A stretch of 64,000 bases of DNA, from assembly GCA_001662655.1 (NCBI GenBank), contig KV460227.1; one strand, 5' to 3'. Below, in pieces: positions 1-12,024 of the stretch. Made by a program: the position numbers and the translations under genes. Under the pieces are notes generated by a model, which saw nothing but the letters and a program-made list of their open reading frames with translations, was not told the origin of the DNA and searched no databases. Within the stretch, counting starts at the first letter, position 1, and the number at the start of each line of letters is the position of its first letter. This DNA is from Pseudogymnoascus verrucosus (lineage: Eukaryota).

Positions 1-228
1 GACTGCGACGACGATGGAGAAAGTGCTGCAGGAGGCCGGCTGCTCCATCTGATGCAACTCATGGACCTATGGAATGTCACCGTTGTCGTGACACGTTGGT
101 ACGGGGGACAAAAACTCGGCCCGGCTAGATTTGGCATAATTAACACTGTTGCTCGAGATGCATTTGTGAAAGGCGGCTTCGTGCATGAACAGGAACCAAC
201 GTCGGGCAAGAAGAGGGGAAAGCGATGA
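1..228 (+). CDS. YIH1: IMPACT/Yih1 family protein (UPF0029 domain), 3' end only
   Basis: Frame 1 reads DCDDDGESAAGGRLLHLMQLMDLWNVTVVVTRWYGGQKLGPARF...KR*; DDGE and VTRWYGG..LG are IMPACT/YigZ motifs. Truncated by the window edge. Confidence 0.88.
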   Translation, partial: DCDDDGESAAGGRLLHLMQLMDLWNVTVVVTRWYGGQKLGPARFGIINTVARDAFVKGGFVHEQEPTSGKKRGKR

Positions 229-954
229 ATCGAGATGGGTTCAGGACGACTCCGACGCCTGTGACGCTGTGGTACTATGCGAACCAGACGTGCCTTGCAG
301 GCTGGCTACGTGTCTGAATAACCAGGGCGAGGTGCATATAAGGTTTCAGATTGGCTGAGCGAGGCCACTCAACGGCTGTTTATCCTGTCCTGGTATACGG
401 GTTTTACTAAGATGATGTTGGGTGACCTGGGAAACGGCCCGCCAGCCACGTTTTGTTCCAAGACAATGCAAGGCGTTCAGGAGGCTGCCGCACCATCAGG
501 AAACTGTGTGAACGTGAGGTGATTACATGAGTACCGACCTGAAGTCTAGCCTGAAGCTCTGCTGAGATCGCGAGATGAGTGGGGGTAATTCTCCTCCTTC
601 GAATACTACTACGTCACTCACAAGGACCAGTATAATTAGACAAATTTGCCACTCTAGGCAACTGGCATACAACGAAGGCTAAAATAAATAACCCAAGTAC
701 ATATGCCTGTAGACTTTATCTATTCAGGTGAAATAATATATGCGCTTCCTTTGGTGAATCATGAAGGTGGGTGGATTGACTGCTAAGCGCCCGGAGCGAA
801 GCTTGGTGGGGGCTATCCGCACACGGACCCTTGATCTCCCTTTAGCCACCCGCCACATCGTCTTAGGGATCCACCCAACCCTGGCTTCCCCAGATTCACC
901 GCATCTCAACAAGAACCGCAAACACCCCAACTCTCTACGATTCAATGCTACGAC

Positions 955-2526
955 ATGCCTTCTTCCAACTCACCCCGTGATGACGGCGTGCCCGATTCCG
1001 CAAACTCTACCGAAAACCCGTTCGTCAGATTCAGAAACAACGTCGATAATCATGTCGGGTCAGTGCTCCAGGGCATCATCGGCTTACCCACGATCCTCTC
1101 GCGAGCTCCCAACAGCGACAACGGTCGCTGGGCTGGGTTAGAAGGCGACTCACAGCGAACCCAAGACGATTCGAGATGGCAGAACCCCCAGAGCAGTGCT
1201 GCTGAAAATACATCAGATGGGGAGGTTGAAATTCCCGTTAAGAAGTTTCAAGGGCGATCACCAGGAGGCGATGATGCATTTGGGCCATCACACCACGATG
1301 AGGACGACTACGACATCTTCTCTGCATTTGACGACTATATCATTGAACGCATTAAGCGTTCTACAAGAGGACACCCCTGGCTAGAGCTTCAGCCCGGCGA
1401 CAAATTCCGTTGGCGCTACGAATCATCCGATCATGGAGTACAAGAGGGCATGCAACAAAGATTGCATGCTTGCCTTATACAGGCGCGGACAACCCGTGGG
1501 GGCGTAGAACCATCGGAATTTCCGCACAAGTCAGTGGTGCCTTATTTGCTGTTCTCGTCTTACTCGCCGCTAAATATGACGGATATGCCGCCACTGCGAC
1601 CAAATGATGACCCTTGGGGTTGGGATAAGGACCAGTTTACTTATTGTGACGCCTTCGAGGACCTCTTACGAGAGAGCGCTGGCAAGCCAATGCGAGATAT
1701 ATCGGGTTCTCCGTTAGAAAGAATGATCGACTCAATCCACAAAATCAAACCCGACTGGCCAGGCCCACGATATGGATTATTTCCCGGCGCCGTTACAAGA
1801 ATGTCTCTCGCCGATATTGGCATGATGTGGATGGGATCTCTGGTGGATGAGAACATTTTGCAAGAGGATCCCATGCCTGAGCAAGTCCACTTCAACCCAT
1901 GGTTTGGGGAAATACGTACTATGACGCCTTCCCCGATAGCGGTGTTGCTTCGAACTTTCCAGTCACATATGCAACAGTACGGACTTTCCCAATCACATTT
2001 AGAAGAGACGGAACAAGATATGTATGACCGGTTCTTCGCGGCTGGCTCAGAGCCTGCTGGAGATGGCGAGCGTGTCGGTGGCATCGTTCACCAGCTTTTA
2101 GCCAGGCTAGAATCAGAAGGACAGGGTATTAGGGATGTTTTCGCTGGCACCGATACCACAAAACGAAGTGAGGTATCCGAGCAACCCTCCTCAAGCACCA
2201 CGCACGTTGAAAGCTCGAGAGCCAGTGGTCTCGGATCACCTGCAGGAGCAACATCAACGAGTGTGCCTAGTAGCGAACGAGTGGTTTCCTCGTCGACGTC
2301 CACAACGCAGCACACCGACCAAGATGGAACAGTTCGGACAACGATAGTCGTCGAGAAACGCTTCGAAGACGGACGAAAATCGGTTTCGGAAACGTCGCAT
2401 ATCCAGGCACCGTCGGGGGAGAAACAAGTACGGAGAACGGGAGATGTAGGGCGGGTTGATAGCGAACCCGGTAAGGATAATGGCAGAGGCGAAGGTGGGA
2501 AGAAGGGGGGATGGTTCTGGAACTGA
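955..2526 (+). CDS. Hypothetical protein, 523 aa
   Basis: Long uninterrupted ORF ending KKGGWFWN; no recognisable domain. Confidence 0.75.
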   Translation: MPSSNSPRDDGVPDSANSTENPFVRFRNNVDNHVGSVLQGIIGLPTILSRAPNSDNGRWAGLEGDSQRTQDDSRWQNPQSSAAENTSDGEVEIPVKKFQGRSPGGDDAFGPSHHDEDDYDIFSAFDDYIIERIKRSTRGHPWLELQPGDKFRWRYESSDHGVQEGMQQRLHACLIQARTTRGGVEPSEFPHKSVVPYLLFSSYSPLNMTDMPPLRPNDDPWGWDKDQFTYCDAFEDLLRESAGKPMRDISGSPLERMIDSIHKIKPDWPGPRYGLFPGAVTRMSLADIGMMWMGSLVDENILQEDPMPEQVHFNPWFGEIRTMTPSPIAVLLRTFQSHMQQYGLSQSHLEETEQDMYDRFFAAGSEPAGDGERVGGIVHQLLARLESEGQGIRDVFAGTDTTKRSEVSEQPSSSTTHVESSRASGLGSPAGATSTSVPSSERVVSSSTSTTQHTDQDGTVRTTIVVEKRFEDGRKSVSETSHIQAPSGEKQVRRTGDVGRVDSEPGKDNGRGEGGKKGGWFWN

Positions 2527-2800
2527 AATATTAGTATGAATCTAGGGGTTGCTGTAACTTGTGATCATTATGGAGGACTCTCCGGGGCGTTTGAAAGCGT
2601 TGTGCAACAAATTTGAATAGGTTTATCTATATATGATACTGAAAATACGAACGATATGAACAATAAGTTGGGCAATACGCAGGTTTATTAACGTATAAAA
2701 CTATGATATGAATTTAATAATCTTCTCATCGATATAAACTATCAATTCCGCAACCGGCCCCCCTGTTCCCATCCCTTTCCTACAACCCAGTTTTATCCCG

Positions 2801-2973
2801 AGGAAGCTACGACCGAGCTCGCTTCGTAATCGTTCTTTCCCTAGTATACAGTCTGAAAGTTTCGAGGAAGCTGCAGCCGACGTTGCTTGGTAATCGTTCT
2901 TTCCATATATCTTGCTTGAAGGTTCCAAGGAAGCTACGACTGAGCTTGCTTGGTAATCGTTCTTTCCATATAT
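2801..2973. repeat. Three-copy degenerate tandem repeat, about 63-64 bp unit
   Basis: AGGAAGCT...GCTT(C/G)GTAATCGTTCTTTCC starts at 2801, 2865 and 2928. Confidence 0.85.
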
Positions 2974-3259
2974 AGGGCTGAATACTAGCTCTACCAGTCT
3001 TGAACCTTAAGTCTAACTGTCACTGGGGGCTTTTGAGTCGCAATTCTGGGCCAGCGCGTCGAATGCGCTCTGATATGACGGCCCATCGAGGCCGAGCCTC
3101 AGACCCCCGAGCGAAGAACTTGTCATTCTTTGGCGCTGAAAACCCTGGATAGTTCGAATCACATATCAACCTTGACCTCTGCACTGGCTCCGATCTCCGG
3201 CCCCTTAATTCCGAACGAGCGTCTGTCTCTAATAATCTCTTAACAGCCCCCCTAGCTGC

Positions 3260-4831
3260 TCACCCATCTTCGCGGTTCACACCCTTGCCTTTCCGATCGC
3301 TCCGATCATTATCCTGTGGCCCCAACAGTTGCCTCAAACTGCCCTCCGCACTAGACAATGCCTTCTGACGCATGAATTCCTGCGGAGAGACAGGTCCATC
3401 GCCATTCTCAGACGTTTTATTCCACGGGAGCCAACTCGAGAAATTCGCAAGCACAGATGCCCTGGTCTCGGGCTGATCGATCGGCATTGAAAATTTCGCG
3501 TGAGGGGTAGTTGTTGATGATTTAGGCACGTATGGCGGGGGTGCTATAGTTGCTGGAGGGGCGGGTGGTATGGATTCCCCTTGGATCTTCCGCTCGAGTG
3601 TGTTGCTTGTCCGTGGAAGTAGAGGTTCGCTGACTAGAGACGATGGATTGGCTCGGTGGGAACCGGCTTCGCTGCGTGAAGCTTGCGCGCTATCCATGAC
3701 CATCGAAGCAAATGTTGTAGACTGTGAGCGTGCTTGCTTGTGCTTCTGTGTCGATTTCCTTCGACCGTATCCGCTGCCGTTAACTTCGGACTGCTCAGCA
3801 TCTGCATCCGCGTCCGTAGCTTCTTCACCCCTACTACTTTCGCCAATCAGTTTCCGGGCCTGTCTCCCTCTTACTTCTTCTGCGAGCGCTCCTGCGCTCT
3901 TCTTCTTTGCCTTCTCTTCCTCGCTACTCCTGCTGCTTGAATAAATAGTTTCGAGAGTATCAAATGCCTTTGATTTTGGTTTCCTCGCCCCTCTTGCCCT
4001 TCCTGCAAGAGTTGTCCTGCCAACCTCTTCGTCTCCTACGGGTCGTAGGAATGCTTCGCCTTCACCGTGAGGCGGCATGTGCACCTCGTACTGGTTGCTC
4101 AGGCTGTACCTGCTCCTCGCACAGATCTCGGCTATGCGATCCAAGTCATCTGCCACAGAACCTTGGATGCTATCCATAATCCCCTTAAATGTAAAAGCCT
4201 CGACTGGGGGTAGCTCGGCCTTCGTCATCTTGTAGATTGACTTCTTGATCCGAGGCGAGGACGGCTGTCGCGATGATGGGCGCGAGGAGGGAGAGGAGTA
4301 TGTCCTCACGATCACGGGCTGCGAGAACGTGGAATTACGGGCGCTGGCAGACTTCGTGTATCGATGAGACGAGAACTCCGCATTCGCGGGATTGGGAAAC
4401 CTCGACGGAGATCGCGGTGGCGTGGAAGCGTGCAGCTGGTGGAGCACTGCGAACGGACGCTCAAGGCTCGGGGTGTGTTCGCCTTGCGCAACCCCAGCGG
4501 CGCCTTCGACGAGAGATATCTCAGCCTTGGATGAGCTGGAAATCAGGTGCGAATCGCCGCTCCAGAGATTCGCCTGGAAATTCAGTGGTAGCGACCGCCT
4601 CCGATGGTGGGAAGCCACCGAGGATCGTGTCGCTTTCATAGCCGCGCCGTTCTGGCTGCTTACTGCCGCGTGCGCCATTTGCGCCGAGTCAGAGCTCGAG
4701 TTTGTGACTGCCATTGTGCAGCGCCTCGGCGGTGCTCCAATATAATTCTCATCCGGACAGGGAGACAAAGAATTGTTGAGAGATGGGCGGATGGGAGCAC
4801 CTAAGTAATGCAAGATGTGCTGTTCTCGCAC
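3260..4831 (-). CDS. Hypothetical Ser-rich protein (start codon uncertain)
   Basis: 523-codon ORF with a structured-looking core (LPPVEAFTFKGIM...IAEICARSRYSLSNQYEVHMPPHGEG). Confidence 0.72.
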   Translation of the reverse strand: MREQHILHYLGAPIRPSLNNSLSPCPDENYIGAPPRRCTMAVTNSSSDSAQMAHAAVSSQNGAAMKATRSSVASHHRRRSLPLNFQANLWSGDSHLISSSSKAEISLVEGAAGVAQGEHTPSLERPFAVLHQLHASTPPRSPSRFPNPANAEFSSHRYTKSASARNSTFSQPVIVRTYSSPSSRPSSRQPSSPRIKKSIYKMTKAELPPVEAFTFKGIMDSIQGSVADDLDRIAEICARSRYSLSNQYEVHMPPHGEGEAFLRPVGDEEVGRTTLAGRARGARKPKSKAFDTLETIYSSSRSSEEEKAKKKSAGALAEEVRGRQARKLIGESSRGEEATDADADAEQSEVNGSGYGRRKSTQKHKQARSQSTTFASMVMDSAQASRSEAGSHRANPSSLVSEPLLPRTSNTLERKIQGESIPPAPPATIAPPPYVPKSSTTTPHAKFSMPIDQPETRASVLANFSSWLPWNKTSENGDGPVSPQEFMRQKALSSAEGSLRQLLGPQDNDRSDRKGKGVNREDG

Positions 4832-5276
4832 GGTGCAGCTGTCAGGGTGGCAGGGATGCGGGGTCAGACAGCGGGGATTGGTGCGGCAACGTCATGAGTT
4901 CTATGCGTGAGGGAACAAGCGGCCATTGATAGGGAGAATATAAAAAGTCGGAGAAGGCCGACGATTTGATGGGTCGAGGACTTGTATGCAATATATCGAT
5001 GTGATCGGATATATACGAATCAACTTTGCATTTCTCCATATATTTTGCCGTGTTTCATAAATCATCTTTTAAGCATGATAAAGCCGCAAAGAGCCAATAT
5101 AGATAGAGCACGATGGTAAACTGCAATTGGGTATTACTTCGTGCAAAAATAGTAACAGACATCATAAGTATTTTTCTCTCTTTTTGACTTCAAAATGTGA
5201 TGAAACAATGCCATCTTCCAGCCTTGCATTGCGTATATTTCAACATACTCATCTAAGGCCAGTCATAGCCTCACGT

Positions 5277-7096
5277 TTACAGATACGCAAGCGTATTATC
5301 TTCGTTGATTCTTCCAACTATCCCCAAGCTAGCCTCGCCGCCAACAACGGCAGGTCCTCTGGCAACAACCTTGGCATCGTCAGCACAGTGTCACATCAGT
5401 GGGGTCAAGTGAGCTTACCTCTCCCTGTATTTCTTCGTCTGTCACCTTCCTATGTTTGGTATCCTTCAACAACACCTCCACGCTGCTGACAGGTGCTCCG
5501 AAGTGTGAGTATTGTCCGGGCTCCTTAGGATCGACTCGGTAATCGTAAAACGAGGTCTGTGTCACTGCACCCGCAACCTTTGCTGCAGTTAAAGCATAGA
5601 CGACACGCGCACCTGTGAAGATCCTCAAGTCATTCAACGCCAATGCGCTCAAAGGCGGCGAGTTGCCACCAGCCTGCTCAGAGACGAAAACCAAGCGCAG
5701 CTTTCCTGGAGTCGTTCCGATGGATGGCCTTAGACCATCGTTAAATCGTGAGAAAATGGAGGCAACCGGCATCACACCGTTTTCGGTGAGCGTGCGGGTT
5801 TGGAACCAGTGGATCAGGTTATACACAACATTCGACAGTTTGGCTGCGGTGTTGGCATGGACCTGAGCAAGCGTATGTGCTGATGCTACGATGATAGTAG
5901 GAGCGACGGCACGGGTGGCATTGCGGAGGTCAGTTTCACGGCCAGCGACTGAGTTGAGGGCCAGAGAAGCATTGTAGTACAAGGCGGCTAGGGTAAGGAC
6001 GAGGGTGTAATTCGAAGAAAGCGAGTCGGCTGGGAAGAAGAGGTCGGAGGGACCAATTTTCTGGGTGGTGGGGATAGCAGAGATCTGGGCGGAGATGGCG
6101 GACACAAGATTGCCATGAGTGTATTCGACTAATTCCCCTGGCTCGTGAATCTCAGGAAACCAGAACGAAAGGACATTCTTTGGTGTGGTTTTGTCAAGTG
6201 GCGGAAGCTCAGCGGAAACGTTAGATTGTTCTTCAACAACCTCCTGCCATGTAGAAACGTTGATTGCGCCCCCAGATCCCGTTGGGATCTCGTCCCAGTC
6301 CAAGTGCTTGCTGCCCTCGTCGACCACCCAGATCAGGTTCTTCAATCCTGCATAGTCCTTGGTGACTGCATCGAATGGTAGATTTCCCACAGCTGTAACC
6401 AATGTATCCGCCTCAGAAGTCCTTAGCATATCAACAACAACATGCCCGGGTTGGTCGTAGGGTAAAAGGATGGGCGTTAAATCGTAGAATGTGCACGCAA
6501 ACAGCGCTGCCAGTAGTTCGATTGAGTTCGGTAGGTATATTGCCACACGGCTTCCTCCATGGTGCTTGATATATTGGCCGATAATGTTGATTTGTTTCGA
6601 GACCTTATCTGTTTTACATTAGACCAGTGTAACTACAGAACGGAGGCCAGAATGTAAGCTTACCAAGATCATGGTCAACGGTCTGCTCCGTGCCTACGAT
6701 TGTAACAATGCGTCCCTTCTCGCCGGTAGGATTGCCCTCGGGATCAGTCCTCCCTTTAACAGCCTTCCTCCATACGTCTCTCAGATCTCCATTGCGGCCC
6801 CTCGACCACTTGTTCTGTCCTGGATCTTTGACATTCAACCCAGTGTTTAATTCCATGCCATGGGGCGAAGAATGAGACCTGTAGACAGACGACTCTCCCG
6901 GATTTCGAACTGGTGAAGGTTGCGCCTGGCGCGACAGTAGCATAGGGTGGGTATCGGGGTCTCGTCCCCAGACCGTGAGGACCGTAACAAATATGATAAG
7001 GCCGCCGACGAGGCCGGTGGAGTAAACATCCCAATCGCTGAAGATGCGGGTGACGAGCTCGTCCGTGGCGAGCAGCATATTATCGAAGGTTACCAT
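5277..7096 (-). CDS. AMP-binding/long-chain acyl-CoA synthetase-like protein with N-terminal membrane anchor
   Basis: Exons about 7096-6664, 6608-5419 and 5369-5277 with GT..AG introns; VAIYLPNSIE, THGNL, GAP....EVLLKD, GEVVARGPAV motifs. Confidence 0.78.
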
Positions 7097-7586
7097 CTTG
7101 CCGGCTATGAGTTTGAGCTGGGCAACAAACGTTGAGAAAGAACAAGTTTACGACACATGAGATAGCTGCAAGGGAATCTTGTAGAGCTTGGTCGATGGGC
7201 ACTGATGTAGCACTCTCTATGTGGCAGGGCCCGACTCCCCCGAAGGCGGATGTGGGTGGCAGAATTGATTAGCGTTGCAGGGGGCCAGCTTTGAATCTCA
7301 CGAGCCATAACAAAACAAAGCTACAAGCATTCTAGATGGGTGACAACTGATCAACGACAATAATGATAATCTCGACGAAGTACTAACCACGCAGGAATTC
7401 GATTTGAACGCCCCGAGGAGACGCCTGACTAACCGAATCGCAAGGTACTTGTCTCTCACCACCCAATGTCAAAGACCTCCGTAACTGACAAGCCATAGCA
7501 ACATAAATCAACGACCTCCCCCCAATGCAGTAGAAAGGAAACTCGAGACGAAACACCCGTGTAATAGAAACTCTTGAGGCGTCATC

Positions 7587-8463
7587 ATGTCGGCCCCTGT
7601 CATGAGGCTTTCAACTCCCTCGAAAGCCCCGTCAACACCAACTGCGCAAACAACACCATCCACGCCCCAAACAGGAACATGGCAACATCCACGCTTCGCT
7701 GAAATCGCGCGCCGCCAAAACGCCACGACCTTCTCCGACCGCAATGTCCGCTCCGTCGTCTACAACGTCGGGAGTCTTTTCGTCTGCTGGATTGGGGAAA
7801 ACTTCATCCAATCAAAGTAAGTCGACCCCATTGTCCCCTGCCGCCTCTATGAACAAAACCACTAACCTCCTCACCTCCAGACTCCCATCCCTAATCGACC
7901 TCACCTCCAGCCTCCAACCCTACCCCCAATACATCTACAACCTCCTCCGCCTCCTCTTCCTAGCCAACATCCTTATCGCCATCCTCCCCCTCCTCCGCCC
8001 CAAAGACACCCTCGCCGACATCCCCCTCACCCCCGCCCAACGCTCCCTCCTCGGCCTCCCCGCCTCCTCCACCCCCCCAACCCCCGGATCAACCTACATC
8101 ACTCCCCCCCGCTACGCGCGCTCTCCCGCGCCCCGCAACTCCGGCTCGAACACCAGCTCCCCGATCTCCGGCAGCCCGTTGAGCGGTCGCAATAGTCCGA
8201 TAAACGGCGTCGAGGGAGGGAGAGGGAGCCCGTTCAACCCGAATGCGAGTCCGTTGCTGCATAAGACTTTCAATAATCAGAGGAGGGATAGCTATGGGAG
8301 TCCCAGCCCGCTTGGGAGGGTTGGAGGGGGCGAGCCAGGGACGCCGAGTCCGAGTGGTGCGGGGAAGGCGAGCGTGGGGTTGAATAGCAAGTGGTTGTAT
8401 GAGAAAGGACGGAGGACGAGCCAGGGAGGGTCTGGTGGGCGGTTGTTCAATAAGTTGGATTAG
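7587..8463 (+). CDS. POM34: Pom34-like nuclear pore membrane protein (NPCC family)
   Basis: GTWQHPRFAEIARRQNATTF motif, two hydrophobic segments, DIPLTPAQRSLLGL, Ser/Pro-rich tail; one intron about 7818-7880. Confidence 0.75.
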
Positions 8464-8906
8464 TGGGTGGTTGTGGTGGTTTAATGGAAGCTTGGGGACG
8501 GAGGGTGCACTGGCGTATATGATTTTGCCATTTTAGAGTTTTGGTGCATGCATGGCTTGAGCCGCTACGGCAGCTCGGAGTTTTCTGTGTAGAAACACGA
8601 TCGATGATACACGTAAAAAACCTACATGCATATCCGTGTGCTTGGATCTTATGGGACTTTGAAGCGATGTTTGACTGATTTGTACAATTCTGTGTGCTTC
8701 TAGTTTACACTCTATGTAATGACCTGTAGACACTAAATATAGGAAATCCAAGGATATATCTTTCCCATCTATTTCTATACTATATCCGTTTATAAGTATT
8801 TCCCCAACCCCATCTATAATGCAATAATGCCGCAAAATCCAAATTCGCTCTTCCATCGCCAGATCCAGTTTGGCGACGGGGCAATTGATGATGAAAAACG
8901 CCTTCC

Positions 8907-10935
8907 CTACTCCTCCCAGATATAACCCCACCCCTCGACACCCATCCTGCGCTGCAGCCTCCTCCCCTTCTTCCTCCTCACCGGTTTCTCCTCCTTCTTC
9001 TTCCCCTTCGACTTCTCCGACGGCTCAACCGGTTCCTCACTCTGCTTCCCCTTCGAATCACCCTTCCACGTCCCAGCAAGCTCCTGGTCCGTATAATACC
9101 CCTCTTCCGTCTCCAACCTCCCATTCATCTCATCCAGCGACCCCCCAGCCGACAGCCCCTCAGGCGTCCACATAGTCGGCACAACCGTATCCGAGCTCCC
9201 CATATTCTCAGACATCTGCGGCCTCCGCAGCGCAAGATCAGCAGCATCGAGCTCCTCACCCTCATCGAAGAACCCGCCCTGCTTCTCACGGCCCTCCATA
9301 TACGACACCGCCTCCTCCAACCCCGCGCCCTGACCATCCTGCTTCCACACCGCCTTACTCAGCTCCCTCACACCCGCAACGATCGTCTCGGCATTCTCCC
9401 ACGGCAGACCAGGCAATCCCTTGCAGCGCGAAATATGCACAACGCGGTGTCTCGTCTCCGCCCACACCGGACTCCTAAAGCTGCCCGAATCGCCCAGCGC
9501 GCCCTCAAACGCAGTGATGGCTATCGGGCAGCCACCGCCGCTCGGGGCCGTCCTCTCAGCAGCCTCCTTCCTCACCTCTGAGTCTGCGCCGCTCCAGAGC
9601 CGCAGCGCGGCTTCGGGACCAGGTAGCCACGCGAGCTGGAGGATGGTTGTTATTTCCGCTTTGGTGAGGGTGTGGTTTGGGCAGATGCGCTCGAGGCCTA
9701 GGAGAGCGAGGGAGAGCATGCCGGTGGGGGAGTCGCAGAGGGCGTAGGCGAGGGTTAGGGTCAGGTCGCCTGAGAGGTGGCTTTTGGAGAGGCGCGTTGC
9801 TTCGTCGGTGGTGGAGAAGACGGGGCGTTTGAAGAGGGAGGGGCCTGTGCCTTGGCGGTCGAGGATTGGGCGACGGGGGGCGTTGTCGAGGGGCTCGGAG
9901 ACGGTGGTTGCGTCGAGTTCGGCGGGGCTGGGGGGGGAGATGCCGGGTTGGTCGGAGGGGCGGCGGGTTGAGGCTGCCCAGTCTGCGGAGGTGTAGCCGA
10001 AGATGGAGGCGTGGAAGAGTTTGGCGAAGGAGTATTTTAGGTAGCTTAGTGGTGCGGCTGTTGGACTCGGACTTAGGACTGCGGGATCGATGATGTGCAT
10101 TCCGAGGCAATTTGAGCTGTGCCTCTCGGCGATGAGACGGGGGAGGTGATAGTCGATGTTCGCTGGGCTGGCTGCCGCAGAGCCGGTGCCAGTGGCTAGG
10201 TATTGGTTATAACCCAGTATTGACATGAGGCGGTTGAAGATATAAGCTGTCGAAGCGAGGAGTGGGTCGTTCGGCGAGGTATTGAACGGGTCGCTGAAAC
10301 CGAGGCCGGGAATCGAGGGAACGACGAGGTCGTATGCTTGGCCTCCATCTGCCGGAGAGTGGAGGGCAGCAAAGAGCGGCGAGAATGAGAGGTTTGTGAA
10401 TGGAAAGGAGGGGAGAAGTAGCAGCGGGATAGCGTTCGCTGACTGCGACTTTATGTGGATGAAATGAATGCGGAGCGGTTTCCTGTTCTCAGCCCCAGGG
10501 GGGGTGATAGAGACGCGGAATTGCGGGAGGGTATCATTGAATAACTGTTCTTGTCCGCGCCAATCGTATGTTTCGAGCCTGCCAGTGAGTTAGCACCTCT
10601 ATAATCGGGTGTATATGAAGAGCGGTGGTTGTCATGGCGTACCAGTAGTCTACCAATGGCTCAATGATGGACTTGGGCGTGCCCATCTCCCACTCCCTCC
10701 CCTTGTCAAGCGTCAGATCATGCGGCAACCGCGTAACCTCGAGCTTCTTCCTCGTGAGCTCGAGATATTTTGATGATACCTAACATCCGGTGTTAGCATA
10801 CACCAACAACCTTCTTGGCCAGTCTGCCCCTGCCCCGCAACTCAGGTACAGGAGAACAGTAAAGTTACTTACATGGGCCCTATAAGTTCTAACCTCCTCT
10901 GGAGATCCTCCAACTTTTACAAAACTGTCATCCAT
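8907..10935 (-). CDS. Microsomal epoxide-hydrolase-like alpha/beta hydrolase (EHN N-terminus), catalytic motifs degenerate
   Basis: Spliced reading gives KKLEVTRLP..GTPKSIIEPLVDYW|LETYDWR..E..FN..LPQF..IHFIH..NAIPLLLL and VVPSIPGLGFSD; two 5' introns. Confidence 0.78.
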
Positions 10936-11522
10936 GTTGGGTAATTGCGTATTCCATATAAAAAATCGACAAAAGCGTATGGTAAAGAAGGAAGTGTATA
11001 CAAAAACGTGGTCAAACAGAACAAACGTCGCTGGAGCTCACATGGAAATTATCTGTTTCCAAGTTATTTCGACAAGCGGCCGTTTTATTTTCTAACCTAG
11101 AAGCTACTAAAATGGTGGCGAGGATGGGGCCGATATGGTACCTTAGAGAGGTTAGGGAGGAGCATATCTGGGCCTATCTGTGAGAATCTAAGCCAATCTT
11201 ATCTCTACGTGCCATTAGCGATGGCGTTCCCCCCACCTTTCGGCATAAACTAAATCAGCTCCGAAGGGGCTAAACTAGATATGGTTAGGGGTAATTGACT
11301 CGCGACCCCTCAACGACGTCACAGGGAGCAGGGGGTTACGTAGTTATAGCCGTGAGGTTCTCCACTGAGGTACTTATAAATGTACTGACGACTCTGTGTT
11401 GGAGCATGTACCTCCATGGATAGGCCGGGGAGCCGCATACGCTTCGTACAGCAGAGGAAAGATTTGAGGGATTAGAGTGCAGGGAGGCGCAATTAAGTGC
11501 GGAGTTATAGTAAGCGCTCAAC

Positions 11523-11828
11523 AATATAATAGGGCAGTAATCGACTTCACGGAGTATCTACGGGAGGATGTGATTGCTTTAGTCGTTGCCAGCACGTTGT
11601 GGTTGAAGCTGAACTCTCCCCCCCAAAGATAGAGCTCGGAAACGAAGTCCACACGACCAGATTCACGACTCGAGCCAATAATATAAGAGGACAATAATCA
11701 GACTTCATGGAGTATCTACTGAGGATGTGGTGGTTCCAGTTGTTGCCTGCATGTTGAGTTTGAAGCTGCAGTCTTCCCAGAAAATAGAGCTCGGGAAGTA
11801 TGGTCCACACAACCAAATTCACGACTCA
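11523..11828. repeat. Two-copy degenerate tandem duplication, about 155 bp unit
   Basis: GACTTCA(C/T)GGAGTATCTAC..GAGGATGTG...TTGAAGCTG...ATAGAGCTCGG...GTCCACAC..CCA.ATTCACGACTC occurs twice in tandem. Confidence 0.8.
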
Positions 11829-12024
11829 AAACACCCATCATTGAACCAACAAAACCCTCCTATCATGACTTATTTATCTCATAACTGCGACTATGTTCCG
11901 CTCATCGCGCTTCCTCACCCAGTCCAGCTCGGTTTCCCACCCCATGAACGCCAGCGCTGAAACGGTAGGTACTGAAGGAAACCCCAGCTCTGCACAATAG
12001 ACATAAACCTCTCATATCACCCCT

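Noticed and set aside
2801..2973. CRISPR-like repeat/spacer appearance
   Set aside because: Eukaryotic context, the 'spacers' resemble each other, the repeats are degenerate and no cas genes are present.
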